Shown piece by piece: positions 17,077-25,340 of a stretch of 32,681 nt of DNA; within the stretch, counting starts at the first letter, position 1; every line of letters starts with the position of its first letter. The position numbers and the translations under genes are program-made. The notes under the pieces are model-generated. The model was not told the DNA's origin. It did not search any database and was given only the letters and a program-made list of their open reading frames with translations. The DNA is from Elusimicrobiaceae bacterium (lineage in GTDB: Bacteria; Elusimicrobiota; Elusimicrobia; Elusimicrobiales; Elusimicrobiaceae). The stretch lies in the NCBI GenBank assembly GCA_045612685.1, contig JAZKZM010000219.1, positions 1-32,681 of the forward strand. Reading direction: 5' to 3'.

Positions 17077-17640
17077 ATGACGATCTACAAAAAATTACAA
17101 GTAATCCAAGAAAAGCTTAAAGCGCCAAAAAGCCAATGGAACAAATTCGGCGGGTACGCTTTCCGTAGCTGCGAGGATATTTTAGAGGCTGTAAAGCCGT
17201 TATGCGCCGAGGTAAAGGCGGCCGTGGTTTTAACAGATGCTATAGAGCTTATCGGCGGCCGTTATTATGTAAAGGCAACGGCAAGGCTTTACGATGCCGA
17301 TATAGAAAGCTTTGTTGAAAATGTGGCTTTTGCTCGGGAGGATGAGAGCAAAAAGGGAATGGATGGGGCGCAGCTTACAGGCGCTACCTCAAGCTATGCC
17401 CGCAAATATGCGCTTAACGGCCTATTTGCTATCGATGATACCAAAGATGGCGATAGCGGCGAAACAACCGCAGCGCCGCAAAGCTCGCTAGATCCAAAGC
17501 TACTGGCCGAGGCCGAGCGCCTTAAAATCGAGCTTGCCAATATTGCGGCGTATCTTAAAAAGCCCGTTGAGAATTTAACTAACGAGGATCTTGCAAAATG
17601 CATCGAAACTAAAAAGAAAGCGCTGGAGGGGGCAAAATGA
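17077..17640 (+). CDS. erf: ERF-family single-strand annealing recombinase
   Basis: As I recall the P22 Erf sequence, the N-terminal 130 aa align closely with it: RSCEDILEAVKPL, GGRYYVKATA, KKGMDGAQLTGATSSYARKYALNGLF. Confidence 0.85.
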   Translation: MTIYKKLQVIQEKLKAPKSQWNKFGGYAFRSCEDILEAVKPLCAEVKAAVVLTDAIELIGGRYYVKATARLYDADIESFVENVAFAREDESKKGMDGAQLTGATSSYARKYALNGLFAIDDTKDGDSGETTAAPQSSLDPKLLAEAERLKIELANIAAYLKKPVENLTNEDLAKCIETKKKALEGAK

Positions 17641-18521
17641 TTGAATTTAGAGAAGAAAGCCACGAGTATTTTTTAGATGGCAAAAAGCTTATTAGCGTTA
17701 CGCAGCTTATGCGCAAGCACGGCCTAGCGCCGAGTTATGACAGCGTGCCAAGCGAGGTGCTGGCGGCAAAGGCGGCAAGAGGCACTTTTGTGCACAAGGA
17801 AATCGAGCGATATATAAAAGATGGCGAAATAGGCTTTACCACAGAGCTTACGGAATTTATCACGCACACAAGCCTTAACGCCGTTAAGGTGCTTGCCAGC
17901 GAGCTTATGGTGTATAGCGATGTAGCGGCGGGCACGGTTGATTTGGTTTTGCTTGACGATAACGGCGAGCAGATTGTGGCAGATATTAAAACAACGGCAA
18001 CGCTGCACAAAGAGGCGGTAAGCTGGCAGCTTTCCATCTATGCGTATTTGATTTTGCAAAACACAGGAAACCTAATTGAGAGAGGGCAAGCTTACCATTT
18101 TAACGCCGAGGGCGAGCTAAAGGTGGTTGAGATCCAGTTAAAGCCGCAAGCTGAGGTAGAGAGGTTGCTAGAGTGCGAGCGAAACGGCGAAAGCTACACC
18201 CCGCAAGGCTTGGCCGTGAGCAATGCCACGCTTGCCGAGCTTGTAGAGGTTGAAAGCCTTATTAGGGAGATCGAGGAGCGCAAGAAAGCGGCCGAGGCAC
18301 AGGCGTTAGAATTGAGGGCGGCGCTTATGGCAGCAATGGAGGCCAACGGCGTTACCAGCTTTGAAAACGAAAGCTTAAAAATTACATATGTAGCAGAAAC
18401 GGAAAGAGCGAGCATTGACGGTGCAAGGCTTAAAAAAGAATTGCCCGAAATCGCCGCAGAATACACCAAGCGTAGCAAGGTAAAGGCCTCGTTGCGTATC
18501 ACGATTAAGGAGGGCAAATAA
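17637..18521 (+). CDS. PD-(D/E)XK (RecB/Cas4-like) exonuclease with C-terminal coiled coil
   Basis: Motif VDLVLLDDNGEQIVADIKT; partner position next to the recombinase. Confidence 0.65.
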   Translation: MIEFREESHEYFLDGKKLISVTQLMRKHGLAPSYDSVPSEVLAAKAARGTFVHKEIERYIKDGEIGFTTELTEFITHTSLNAVKVLASELMVYSDVAAGTVDLVLLDDNGEQIVADIKTTATLHKEAVSWQLSIYAYLILQNTGNLIERGQAYHFNAEGELKVVEIQLKPQAEVERLLECERNGESYTPQGLAVSNATLAELVEVESLIREIEERKKAAEAQALELRAALMAAMEANGVTSFENESLKITYVAETERASIDGARLKKELPEIAAEYTKRSKVKASLRITIKEGK

Positions 18522-18692
18522 ATGGCAATGGTAGAAATGGCAAGCGATACGATCACCGTTAAACAATCAAAATACGATAACTTACAGCGAGATAGCGAGC
18601 AATTGCGAATTATTAAAGCTTTCGTGCGATCCGAGGAAATCATTTGTAAAAAAGATATTGTGCAGCTTATTGATGCAATGGAGGAGCAATAA
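18522..18692 (+). CDS. Small hypothetical protein (56 aa, not in track)
   Basis: ATG directly after the upstream stop, with SD AAGGAGGG upstream. Confidence 0.45.
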   Translation: MAMVEMASDTITVKQSKYDNLQRDSEQLRIIKAFVRSEEIICKKDIVQLIDAMEEQ

Positions 18693-18693
18693 A

Positions 18694-19092
18694 ATGAACA
18701 AAGTTATTTTGAGCGGCAATTTGTGCCAAGATATTGAATTAAAGCAGAGCGCCAACGGTAAGAGCGTTGTAACCAATTGTATTGCCGTAAAGAGAGAATA
18801 CAAGAACGCTAACGGCGAATATGAGAGCGATTTTATCAATCTCGTTATTTGGGGATCACAGGCAGAATATTTAGGCCGTTACGCCAGCAAGGGCGATAGG
18901 GTGGAGCTTGTAGGGCGCTGGAGCGTGCGCAAGTACCAAGCCAACGATGGCACGCAAAGAACGGTTAACGAGTGCGTTGTGGAGAGCATCACGGTATTTA
19001 GCAAGCCAAAGGATGCGGCCAACGAGGGCGCAAAGCCGAAAGCGGCGGCAGAATTTGAGGAGGTAACAAGCGTGGGCGATCTGCCCTTTTAA
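18694..19092 (+). CDS. ssb: Single-stranded DNA-binding protein
   Basis: OB-fold pattern MNKVILSGNL...DFINLVIWG and the acidic C-terminal tail ending DLPF. ATG 18694 follows GGAGGAG. Confidence 0.9.
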   Translation: MNKVILSGNLCQDIELKQSANGKSVVTNCIAVKREYKNANGEYESDFINLVIWGSQAEYLGRYASKGDRVELVGRWSVRKYQANDGTQRTVNECVVESITVFSKPKDAANEGAKPKAAAEFEEVTSVGDLPF

Positions 19093-19104
19093 GGAGGTTT
19101 GAAA

Positions 19105-19401
19105 ATGGCACGCATAACAAAGGTGCAACCGTTAGTTTTTGAGGCGCTTAAACAGCGCCCAGAAACTAGGGCAGATGATTATTTGCTAGTTTTGGAGGTT
19201 TACAAAAACTTTATTAGCGTTGATATGAGCTTAAAAACCATTTTAGAGCACCATATAGAGCTTGGCTTGCCGAGCTTTGCAAGCATCGTAAGAATACGGC
19301 GCAAGCTGCAAAAGTGTTACCCAGATCTAACAACCGAGGCCGCAAGAGCTATGCGAAAAAAAGAAGAAAGCGAGTATAAAAATTATGCGCTCAATAATTA
19401 G
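19105..19401 (+). CDS. Hypothetical phage protein
   Basis: ATG 19105 follows AAGGAGG. Confidence 0.5.
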   Translation: MARITKVQPLVFEALKQRPETRADDYLLVLEVYKNFISVDMSLKTILEHHIELGLPSFASIVRIRRKLQKCYPDLTTEAARAMRKKEESEYKNYALNN

Positions 19402-19678
19402 CGATGAAAAGCAATGTTTAATTTGTGAAACGCCATTTAACTTACATAAGCACCACATCTTTTACGGCGCAGGGCGGCGGCAGAAAAGCGAGCAATACGG
19501 GTGCTGGTGCTATCTTTGCTCACGCCACCACAACGGCAGCAGCGCTGGCGTTCATCTTAACGCCGTTGCAGATCGGCGGCTTAAACGATTTGCGCAACGG
19601 CGCTTTGAGGCCGTTTACCCAGATTTAGACTTTTTGCAGATCTTTGGCAAAAATTATTTTACGGAGGATGAGCAATGA
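19385..19678 (+). CDS. Cys/His-rich (HNH-like zinc-binding) protein
   Basis: Contains CLIC...HKHHI...LCSRHHNGSSAGVH. Confidence 0.45.
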   Translation: MRSIISDEKQCLICETPFNLHKHHIFYGAGRRQKSEQYGCWCYLCSRHHNGSSAGVHLNAVADRRLKRFAQRRFEAVYPDLDFLQIFGKNYFTEDEQ

Positions 19679-19901
19679 CAGACGAGCAGATTATTAAGGG
19701 GTTAGAGTGCTTGGCGAGCGAAAAAGATGTGCTTTGCGCTGGGTGCGAGTATCGGCATTTTCGGGGCTACACTTGCCACAAGGCTAATGCCAAAGATGCC
19801 ATCGCCCTCATCCAACGGCAGAAAGCCGAGATTGATAAGTTAAAGGTGTTATTGCGTAATGCTGATGCATCTATGTATGCTTTACTTTATGGAGGCGAAC
19901 A

Positions 19902-19905
<4 letters not shown>
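19675..19905 (+). CDS. Hypothetical Cys-containing protein
   Basis: ORF with ATGA-type overlap. Confidence 0.45.
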
Positions 19906-20701
<796 letters not shown>

Positions 20702-20710
20702 GAGGTTGAA

Positions 20711-20902
20711 ATGGAGCATTTTATTGAGATAACAAACATTAGCGGCGAAAAAGAGTTTATTAACACTCGGTATATTGTGAGCATATCCGTTTGGGATCGT
20801 GGCTGCAATATGCCATTGATTACTCAAATATCACTTGCAAATAATAGTTTTCCAAAAACTTACGAAAGCTATGATGATATTGTTTCAAAAATTGTTTTTT
20901 AA
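20711..20902 (+). CDS. Hypothetical protein (63 aa)
   Basis: ORF with SD GGAGG. Confidence 0.45.
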   Translation: MEHFIEITNISGEKEFINTRYIVSISVWDRGCNMPLITQISLANNSFPKTYESYDDIVSKIVF

Positions 20903-20913
20903 GGGAGGCTAAA

Positions 20914-21330
20914 ATGAGAGAAATACTTTTTAGAGGCAAGGCGGCAAATAGGAAAAAGAGCGTGTGCTACCGAACGAATTATAAAAACGGCGATTGGGTT
21001 TATGGCTTATTAACGATGCACGAAAATTATGTAGGATTTGCCGAAATGACAAACACCGATGGAATTAACGGCATTGAGGTTGATCCAGAAACCATAGGGC
21101 AATACACGGGGCTTACCGATCGTAACGGCAACAAGGTTTTTGAGGGAGATATAGTAAATATTATTTATGATTGTGACGAAAAGGCGAGCGTAATAGAATT
21201 TTACAACGGCGGTTTTTGCGTGAATATAAATAATATTTTCTTTAATTTTCAAGAAAACAATGTATATGAATTTGAAAAAATCGGCAATGTATACGATAAC
21301 CCAGAGTTGTTGGAGGGCAAAAGTGAATAA
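20914..21330 (+). CDS. YopX-family protein
   Basis: Contains REILFRGK...GDWVYG...IGQYTGLTDRNGNKVFEGDIV...IGNVYDNPELL. Confidence 0.8.
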   Translation: MREILFRGKAANRKKSVCYRTNYKNGDWVYGLLTMHENYVGFAEMTNTDGINGIEVDPETIGQYTGLTDRNGNKVFEGDIVNIIYDCDEKASVIEFYNGGFCVNINNIFFNFQENNVYEFEKIGNVYDNPELLEGKSE

Positions 21331-21493
21331 TCAATACGCATTTTGCTCCATATGCGGTAGGTATGAGCGCAAAAGAAAAATGAGGCCTATTTATACGGCT
21401 GCTTCAAGCAGTATGCCGCCAAAATTGCTTTGCTATTTGTGCGATGCTTGCTTTGCCGATGCTTTAGAGCGATGCGAAATTAGCGAGCCGTAG
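21323..21493 (+). CDS. Small zinc-ribbon-like protein (56 aa)
   Basis: GTG 21323 follows GGAGGG; carries CxxC...CxxC pairs. Confidence 0.4.
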   Translation: MNNQYAFCSICGRYERKRKMRPIYTAASSSMPPKLLCYLCDACFADALERCEISEP

Positions 21494-21516
21494 GTATGTA
21501 AGCATACATACTAAAA

Positions 21517-21532
21517 GCAACGCAACGCAACA
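21517..21532 (+). repeat. Triple-pentamer motif copy 6 (GCAAC GCAAC GCAAC A)
   Basis: A perfect (GCAAC)x3; lies 28 nt upstream of the -35 at 21560. Confidence 0.9.
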
Positions 21533-21559
21533 TTTCTAAAAGAAAATACGCCAAAGTGG

Positions 21560-21587
21560 TTGACTTTTCTAAAAATTTGATTATAAT
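21560..21587 (+). promoter_or_regulatory. Near-consensus sigma-A promoter: TTGACT, 16-nt spacer, TATAAT
   Basis: -35 at 21560-21565 and -10 at 21582-21587. Confidence 0.65.
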
Positions 21588-21593
21588 AATTAG

Positions 21594-21776
21594 TGTGAGG
21601 TTAGCACACCCTATGGCGGCGCTTTCGCCCAGATGCGAAAGATAGACACGCTATAGGGCGGCGGCCTCCGTTAGTTGGTAGTATTGGCCGATGCTACTAG
21701 CGCAATTCAATATTACCAACGGCAAAGGCATTTACTGCACGAGGCGGCCACCTCTAGCGGTAAGTGCTTTTTGTTT
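21594..21776 (+). ncRNA. Structured GC-rich leader or small RNA ending in an intrinsic terminator, upstream of the replisome-organizer gene
   Basis: Hand-folded helices: 21593-21597/21605-21609; 21609-21614/21653-21658 enclosing 21622-21628/21635-21641; a 15-bp interrupted helix 21668-21686/21708-21722; then the terminator. No ORF is present. Confidence 0.45.
21728..21776 (+). terminator. Intrinsic terminator about 20 nt before the start codon at 21796
   Basis: GCATTTACTGC/GCGGTAAGTGC (11 bp, 2 GU) plus GAGG/CCTC, with a 6-nt loop, followed by TTTTTGTTT. Confidence 0.7.
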
Positions 21777-21795
21777 ATATTAGCAAGGGGGATTT

Positions 21796-22524
21796 ATGGC
21801 AACTATTAGAGTTAACAAAACCAAAGATTATACCGTGATGAGCAATCACCATTTCAAGGAAAAGGGAATGAGCCTAAAGGCAAAGGGTTTGCTTTCGCTT
21901 ATGTTGTCCTTGCCCGATAATTGGGATTATTCTATAGCTGGGCTTGCCACGCTTTCCAAAGATGGCAAGGATAGCGTTATGGGGGCATTAAATGAGCTTG
22001 AAAAGTTTGGGTATTTGATCCGCACCAAGTGCGTTGATGCTAAAGGGCGCTTTGCGGGCTACGATTACGATATATACGAAAAGCCGCACACGGAAAAGCC
22101 GAAAGAGGATGCACCGTATGCGGAAAAACCGAACACGGAAAAGCCGCCGCAATTAAATACTAATGAATTAAGCACTAAAAAATCAATTACTAATCAATCA
22201 ATAATTAAAGATATTATTGATTATTTGAACGAAAAAGCCGAAACGCAATATAGAGCAACAACGCCGAAAACAATAGAGCTAATTAGCGCTAGATTAAAAG
22301 AGGGCTTTACCATTGATGATTTTATTTTAGTAATTGATAAAAAAGTAGCAGAATGGAAAGGCACAGATTTTGAGCAATATATAAGGCCAGCAACGCTATT
22401 TGGCACTAAATTTGAGGGCTACCTAAACGCCAAGCCAAAAGCGGCGGCCAAGCCTACTAGCGGCATTATGGATGATTACAGGAGAATGCAAGAAAAAATT
22501 GATAACGGGGGGCTATTTGACTAA
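21796..22524 (+). CDS. Replisome organizer / replication initiator (N-terminal wHTH, C-terminal Phg_2220_C-like domain)
   Basis: N-terminus KDYTVMSNHHF...LKAKGLLSLMLSLPDNWDYS. C-terminus IIDYLNEKA...YRATTPKT...RLKEGFTIDDF...W. Confidence 0.75.
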   Translation: MATIRVNKTKDYTVMSNHHFKEKGMSLKAKGLLSLMLSLPDNWDYSIAGLATLSKDGKDSVMGALNELEKFGYLIRTKCVDAKGRFAGYDYDIYEKPHTEKPKEDAPYAEKPNTEKPPQLNTNELSTKKSITNQSIIKDIIDYLNEKAETQYRATTPKTIELISARLKEGFTIDDFILVIDKKVAEWKGTDFEQYIRPATLFGTKFEGYLNAKPKAAAKPTSGIMDDYRRMQEKIDNGGLFD

Positions 22525-23132
22525 TGAGGGCTTTAACCATTGAGGATGTTAACAAGTATATTACTATGATCCGCATAAACTTTGAAAACGCCTATAAATC
22601 GCATAACGATGAGGAGCGAGAAATGCTTTTACAATCGTGGTATGCTATTTTAAGAGATTACCCAAAGGAGATCTGCGATAAGGCCGTAATTAACGCCATT
22701 AAAAACGCAGAGTTTGCGCCTCGCATCGGTGCTATTGTCAAAGAAATAGAAAAGATGCTAGAGGCGTATGAAAAGACAGATGGCGAGCTTTGGGAGGAGC
22801 TTAAACGCTGCTTGCGTGAGGTTGCCAATTGCGCCTATAAGTTTAGGTTTAACTTTATAGAGGCCAACGGCAAGACGCAGGGAGAAAATGCCCGTGAACG
22901 GGTAGAGGCAATTTATAGCGCCCTATCGCCAGAGCTTAAAGAGTATGTGCGCAGCGTGCACGCACTAATCGAAATGGCACAGCTTACCGAGGAGCAGCTA
23001 GGCTACGAGCGCAACCGATTTGCCAAAACAGCGCCGCAGATCAAGCAGCGCACCCGAACACGGGCAGAGATTGGCGGCAGCTTGTCGGGGCTTATCCAAG
23101 GAATTAACGAGCGCTATTTGATCGAGGGGTAA
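22524..23132 (+). CDS. G39P-like helicase-loader protein
   Basis: The N-terminal pattern (LLQSWYAILRDYPKE...FAPRIG) resembles SPP1 G39P. TAATG overlap with the organizer gene. Confidence 0.5.
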   Translation: MRALTIEDVNKYITMIRINFENAYKSHNDEEREMLLQSWYAILRDYPKEICDKAVINAIKNAEFAPRIGAIVKEIEKMLEAYEKTDGELWEELKRCLREVANCAYKFRFNFIEANGKTQGENARERVEAIYSALSPELKEYVRSVHALIEMAQLTEEQLGYERNRFAKTAPQIKQRTRTRAEIGGSLSGLIQGINERYLIEG

Positions 23133-23144
23133 CGGAACGCAACA
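23129..23144 (+). repeat. Triple-pentamer motif copy 7 (GTAAC GGAAC GCAAC A)
   Basis: Overlaps the TAA stop at 23130-23132; 17 nt upstream of ATG 23162. Confidence 0.9.
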
Positions 23145-23161
23145 AATAAACGAGGTTTGAT

Positions 23162-23854
23162 ATGTTAGAGATCGACAATATTTATAATATGAATTGTTTA
23201 GACGGTATGCGCCTTATGCAAGCGCAAGGGCTAAAAGCCGATTGGCTAATAGCAGATCCACCATACGGCATAGGAGTTGGCTCTCTCGCTTACACAAACG
23301 GTGTAGAGAGGGTTGGAAACGCTCTTGCTAATAGGCGTGATTATTCTGCTACAGGCGAATGGGATAAAGAACGCATAAGCAAAGATATTATGGATTTAAT
23401 GTTTGATAGGAGCAAAGATCAAATAATTTTTGGTGGCAACTATTATACAGATTTTTTGCCACCTACAAAAAGCTGGGTTGTGTGGGATAAACGATCACCG
23501 ACAAAAAATGATAGAAATGATTTTGCAGATTGCGAGCTAGCGTATTGCAGCAAGGGCGTTGCAAGGGTGTTTAATTATATCTACAACGGAATGATACAAG
23601 GCGATATGAAAAACAAGGATTACCGTTTTCACCCAACGCAAAAGCCAACGCAGCTTTACGAAATGCTATTGAGTTATTACACGAAAGAGGGCGATTTAAT
23701 TTTAGATCCCTTTGCTGGTAGTCAATCACTACGCATAGCGTGCCACAAACTGCAAAGGCGGTATATAGGGTTTGAGTTAGATAAAGGCTATTATGAGCAA
23801 GGCTGCAAATGGTTTGCAGAAAGCACGGCGCAATTATCTATTTTTGATTTGTGA
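23162..23854 (+). CDS. Orphan DNA methyltransferase (beta-class N6-adenine/N4-cytosine)
   Basis: DPPYG (motif IV) lies N-terminal and DPFAGSQS (motif I) lies C-terminal. No adjacent restriction enzyme gene. Confidence 0.85.
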   Translation: MLEIDNIYNMNCLDGMRLMQAQGLKADWLIADPPYGIGVGSLAYTNGVERVGNALANRRDYSATGEWDKERISKDIMDLMFDRSKDQIIFGGNYYTDFLPPTKSWVVWDKRSPTKNDRNDFADCELAYCSKGVARVFNYIYNGMIQGDMKNKDYRFHPTQKPTQLYEMLLSYYTKEGDLILDPFAGSQSLRIACHKLQRRYIGFELDKGYYEQGCKWFAESTAQLSIFDL

Positions 23855-23866
23855 CACAACGCAACA
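23851..23866 (+). repeat. Triple-pentamer motif copy 8 (GTGAC ACAAC GCAAC A)
   Basis: Overlaps the TGA stop at 23852-23854. Confidence 0.9.
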
Positions 23867-23902
23867 AACAATTTGAAAAGTTAACGAAAAGGGGTATATA
23901 AT

Positions 23903-24097
23903 ATGACTATGCAAGATATGAGATTAGTAAGAATGCTGGCCGAAAGAATAGGCATTAAAACGGTGGGCGAGCTAGAGGAATTTAAGCGCCGCACGGGTGT
24001 AACATCTAACGATATGCTAATAAAGAGGCTGGCGCTTTATGTGGCTAGCGATACAAGCTATGCGGAGGTGATCGATTATAAACCAATTTCTGATTAA
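23903..24097 (+). CDS. Hypothetical protein (64 aa)
   Basis: ORF with SD AAAGGGG. Confidence 0.45.
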   Translation: MTMQDMRLVRMLAERIGIKTVGELEEFKRRTGVTSNDMLIKRLALYVASDTSYAEVIDYKPISD

Positions 24098-24449
24098 GCA
24101 AAAGCTACCGAGCCTTAACGATTATACGGCGGCTTGCCGTGCTAATAAGTATGTTGGCGCTAAATTTAAAGCAGAGGTTGAGGAGGTTATAGGCTGGGCT
24201 ATTAAGCAAGCTTTGGCCTCCAAAAGCCTACGCAAGCCAACGGGGGCGGTGGTTGTTTCTTTTGAATGGCACGAGAGAACAAAAAAACGAGATGCCGACA
24301 ATATCGCCAGCGCCAAAAAGTTTATTTTGGATGCGCTCGTAAAATGCGGCGTGCTGGTTGATGATAGCCGCAAATATGTGAAAGGCTTTCACGATACAAT
24401 AATTGATGATAGCGCCGACTTTGTAAGAGTTGAGCTAATAGAGGTTTGA
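24075..24449 (+). CDS. rusA: RusA-family Holliday junction resolvase, probable ATT (or ATA) start
   Basis: C-terminal RDADNIASAKKFILDALVKCGVLVDDS is RusA-like. RusA-like N-terminal sequence (KLPSLNDY...RANKYVGAKFK) runs upstream of the first TTG (24213) to an in-frame TGA at 24069-24071. GGAGG at 24064-24068 lies 6 nt before ATT 24075. Confidence 0.6.
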   Translation: MINQFLIKQKLPSLNDYTAACRANKYVGAKFKAEVEEVIGWAIKQALASKSLRKPTGAVVVSFEWHERTKKRDADNIASAKKFILDALVKCGVLVDDSRKYVKGFHDTIIDDSADFVRVELIEV

Positions 24450-24450
24450 T

Positions 24451-24466
24451 GCGCCACAACGCAACA
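24451..24466 (+). repeat. Triple-pentamer motif copy 9 (GCGCC ACAAC GCAAC A)
   Basis: Starts 1 nt after the rusA stop; followed by AAAGGAGG and ATG 24481. Confidence 0.9.
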
Positions 24467-24480
24467 TAAAAGGAGGCTTT

Positions 24481-25311
24481 ATGCAAGATTATATCGTGGT
24501 TAATTTTAGCGGTGGCAAAGATAGCACGGCATTGGTGCTGCGAAAGATAGAGCTTGGCGAGCATATTGATGAGGTTGTTTGTTGCGATACCTATAAAGAG
24601 TTTCCAGCGATGTATAGGCATATTGAAAAGGTGCGCAAGGTAATAGAGAGCAACGGCATTAAGTTTACATTGATACGATCGGAAAAAACATTTGATTACT
24701 ATATGTTTGAATATGAGCCGAAAAAGGGAGAAAACCGAGAAAAAATGGGCTTTGGCTGGCCTTATCCTACTATGCGCTGGTGTACTGGATATTTGAAAAG
24801 GGATTTAACGAGAAAATACTTTAGAGAGTTGCGCAAAAAATATAACATTATTCAATGCATCGGCATTGCTGCCGATGAGGGGTACAGGCTGGAACGAAAA
24901 AACAACCAGCAAGAAAACCATAGACACCCGTTAATAGAGTGGGGCTGGAGCGAGAAAGATTGCCTCCAATACTGCTATAGCAAGGGCTATGATTGGGAGG
25001 GGCTATATGAGATTTTTAGCCGTGTTTCGTGCTGGTGCTGCCCGTTGAAATCTTTAGAGGAGTGTCGCAAGCTATGGCGGCATTACCCAGAGCTTTGGCA
25101 AGAATTAAAGGAAATGGATAAAAAGGCTTATAATTCATTCAAAAAGGATTATACCGTAGAAGATCTAGAAATACGCTTTGCCTTTGAGGAAGAACGAAAA
25201 GCGCAAGGCTTGCCTACAAATGGCCGAGAATTTCACACCGAGCTAAAAAGGTTGCTTGGGCGGCCGATCGAAACAAAGCGGGATAAAAGGCAAATAAGCT
25301 TTTTTGATTAA
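24481..25311 (+). CDS. PAPS-reductase-family PP-loop protein (IbrA/DndC-like)
   Basis: The PP-loop FSGGKDST lies at the N-terminus; a CxxC lies near the C-terminal half. Confidence 0.8.
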   Translation: MQDYIVVNFSGGKDSTALVLRKIELGEHIDEVVCCDTYKEFPAMYRHIEKVRKVIESNGIKFTLIRSEKTFDYYMFEYEPKKGENREKMGFGWPYPTMRWCTGYLKRDLTRKYFRELRKKYNIIQCIGIAADEGYRLERKNNQQENHRHPLIEWGWSEKDCLQYCYSKGYDWEGLYEIFSRVSCWCCPLKSLEECRKLWRHYPELWQELKEMDKKAYNSFKKDYTVEDLEIRFAFEEERKAQGLPTNGREFHTELKRLLGRPIETKRDKRQISFFD

Positions 25312-25340
25312 AAACAATTAAATAAAGAAAGGTTAAAAAA

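Noticed and set aside
19425-19628. Alternative-frame 67-aa ORF inside the Cys/His-rich gene
   Set aside because: It is a Gly/Ala/Thr-rich, low-complexity translation nested in a better ORF, and it has no SD.
21594-21776. tRNA, tmRNA or T-box identity for the structured region
   Set aside because: No cloverleaf with a T-loop or anticodon arm could be drawn, and there is no conserved T-box sequence or specifier-loop architecture. It is kept only as an unclassified leader or sRNA candidate.
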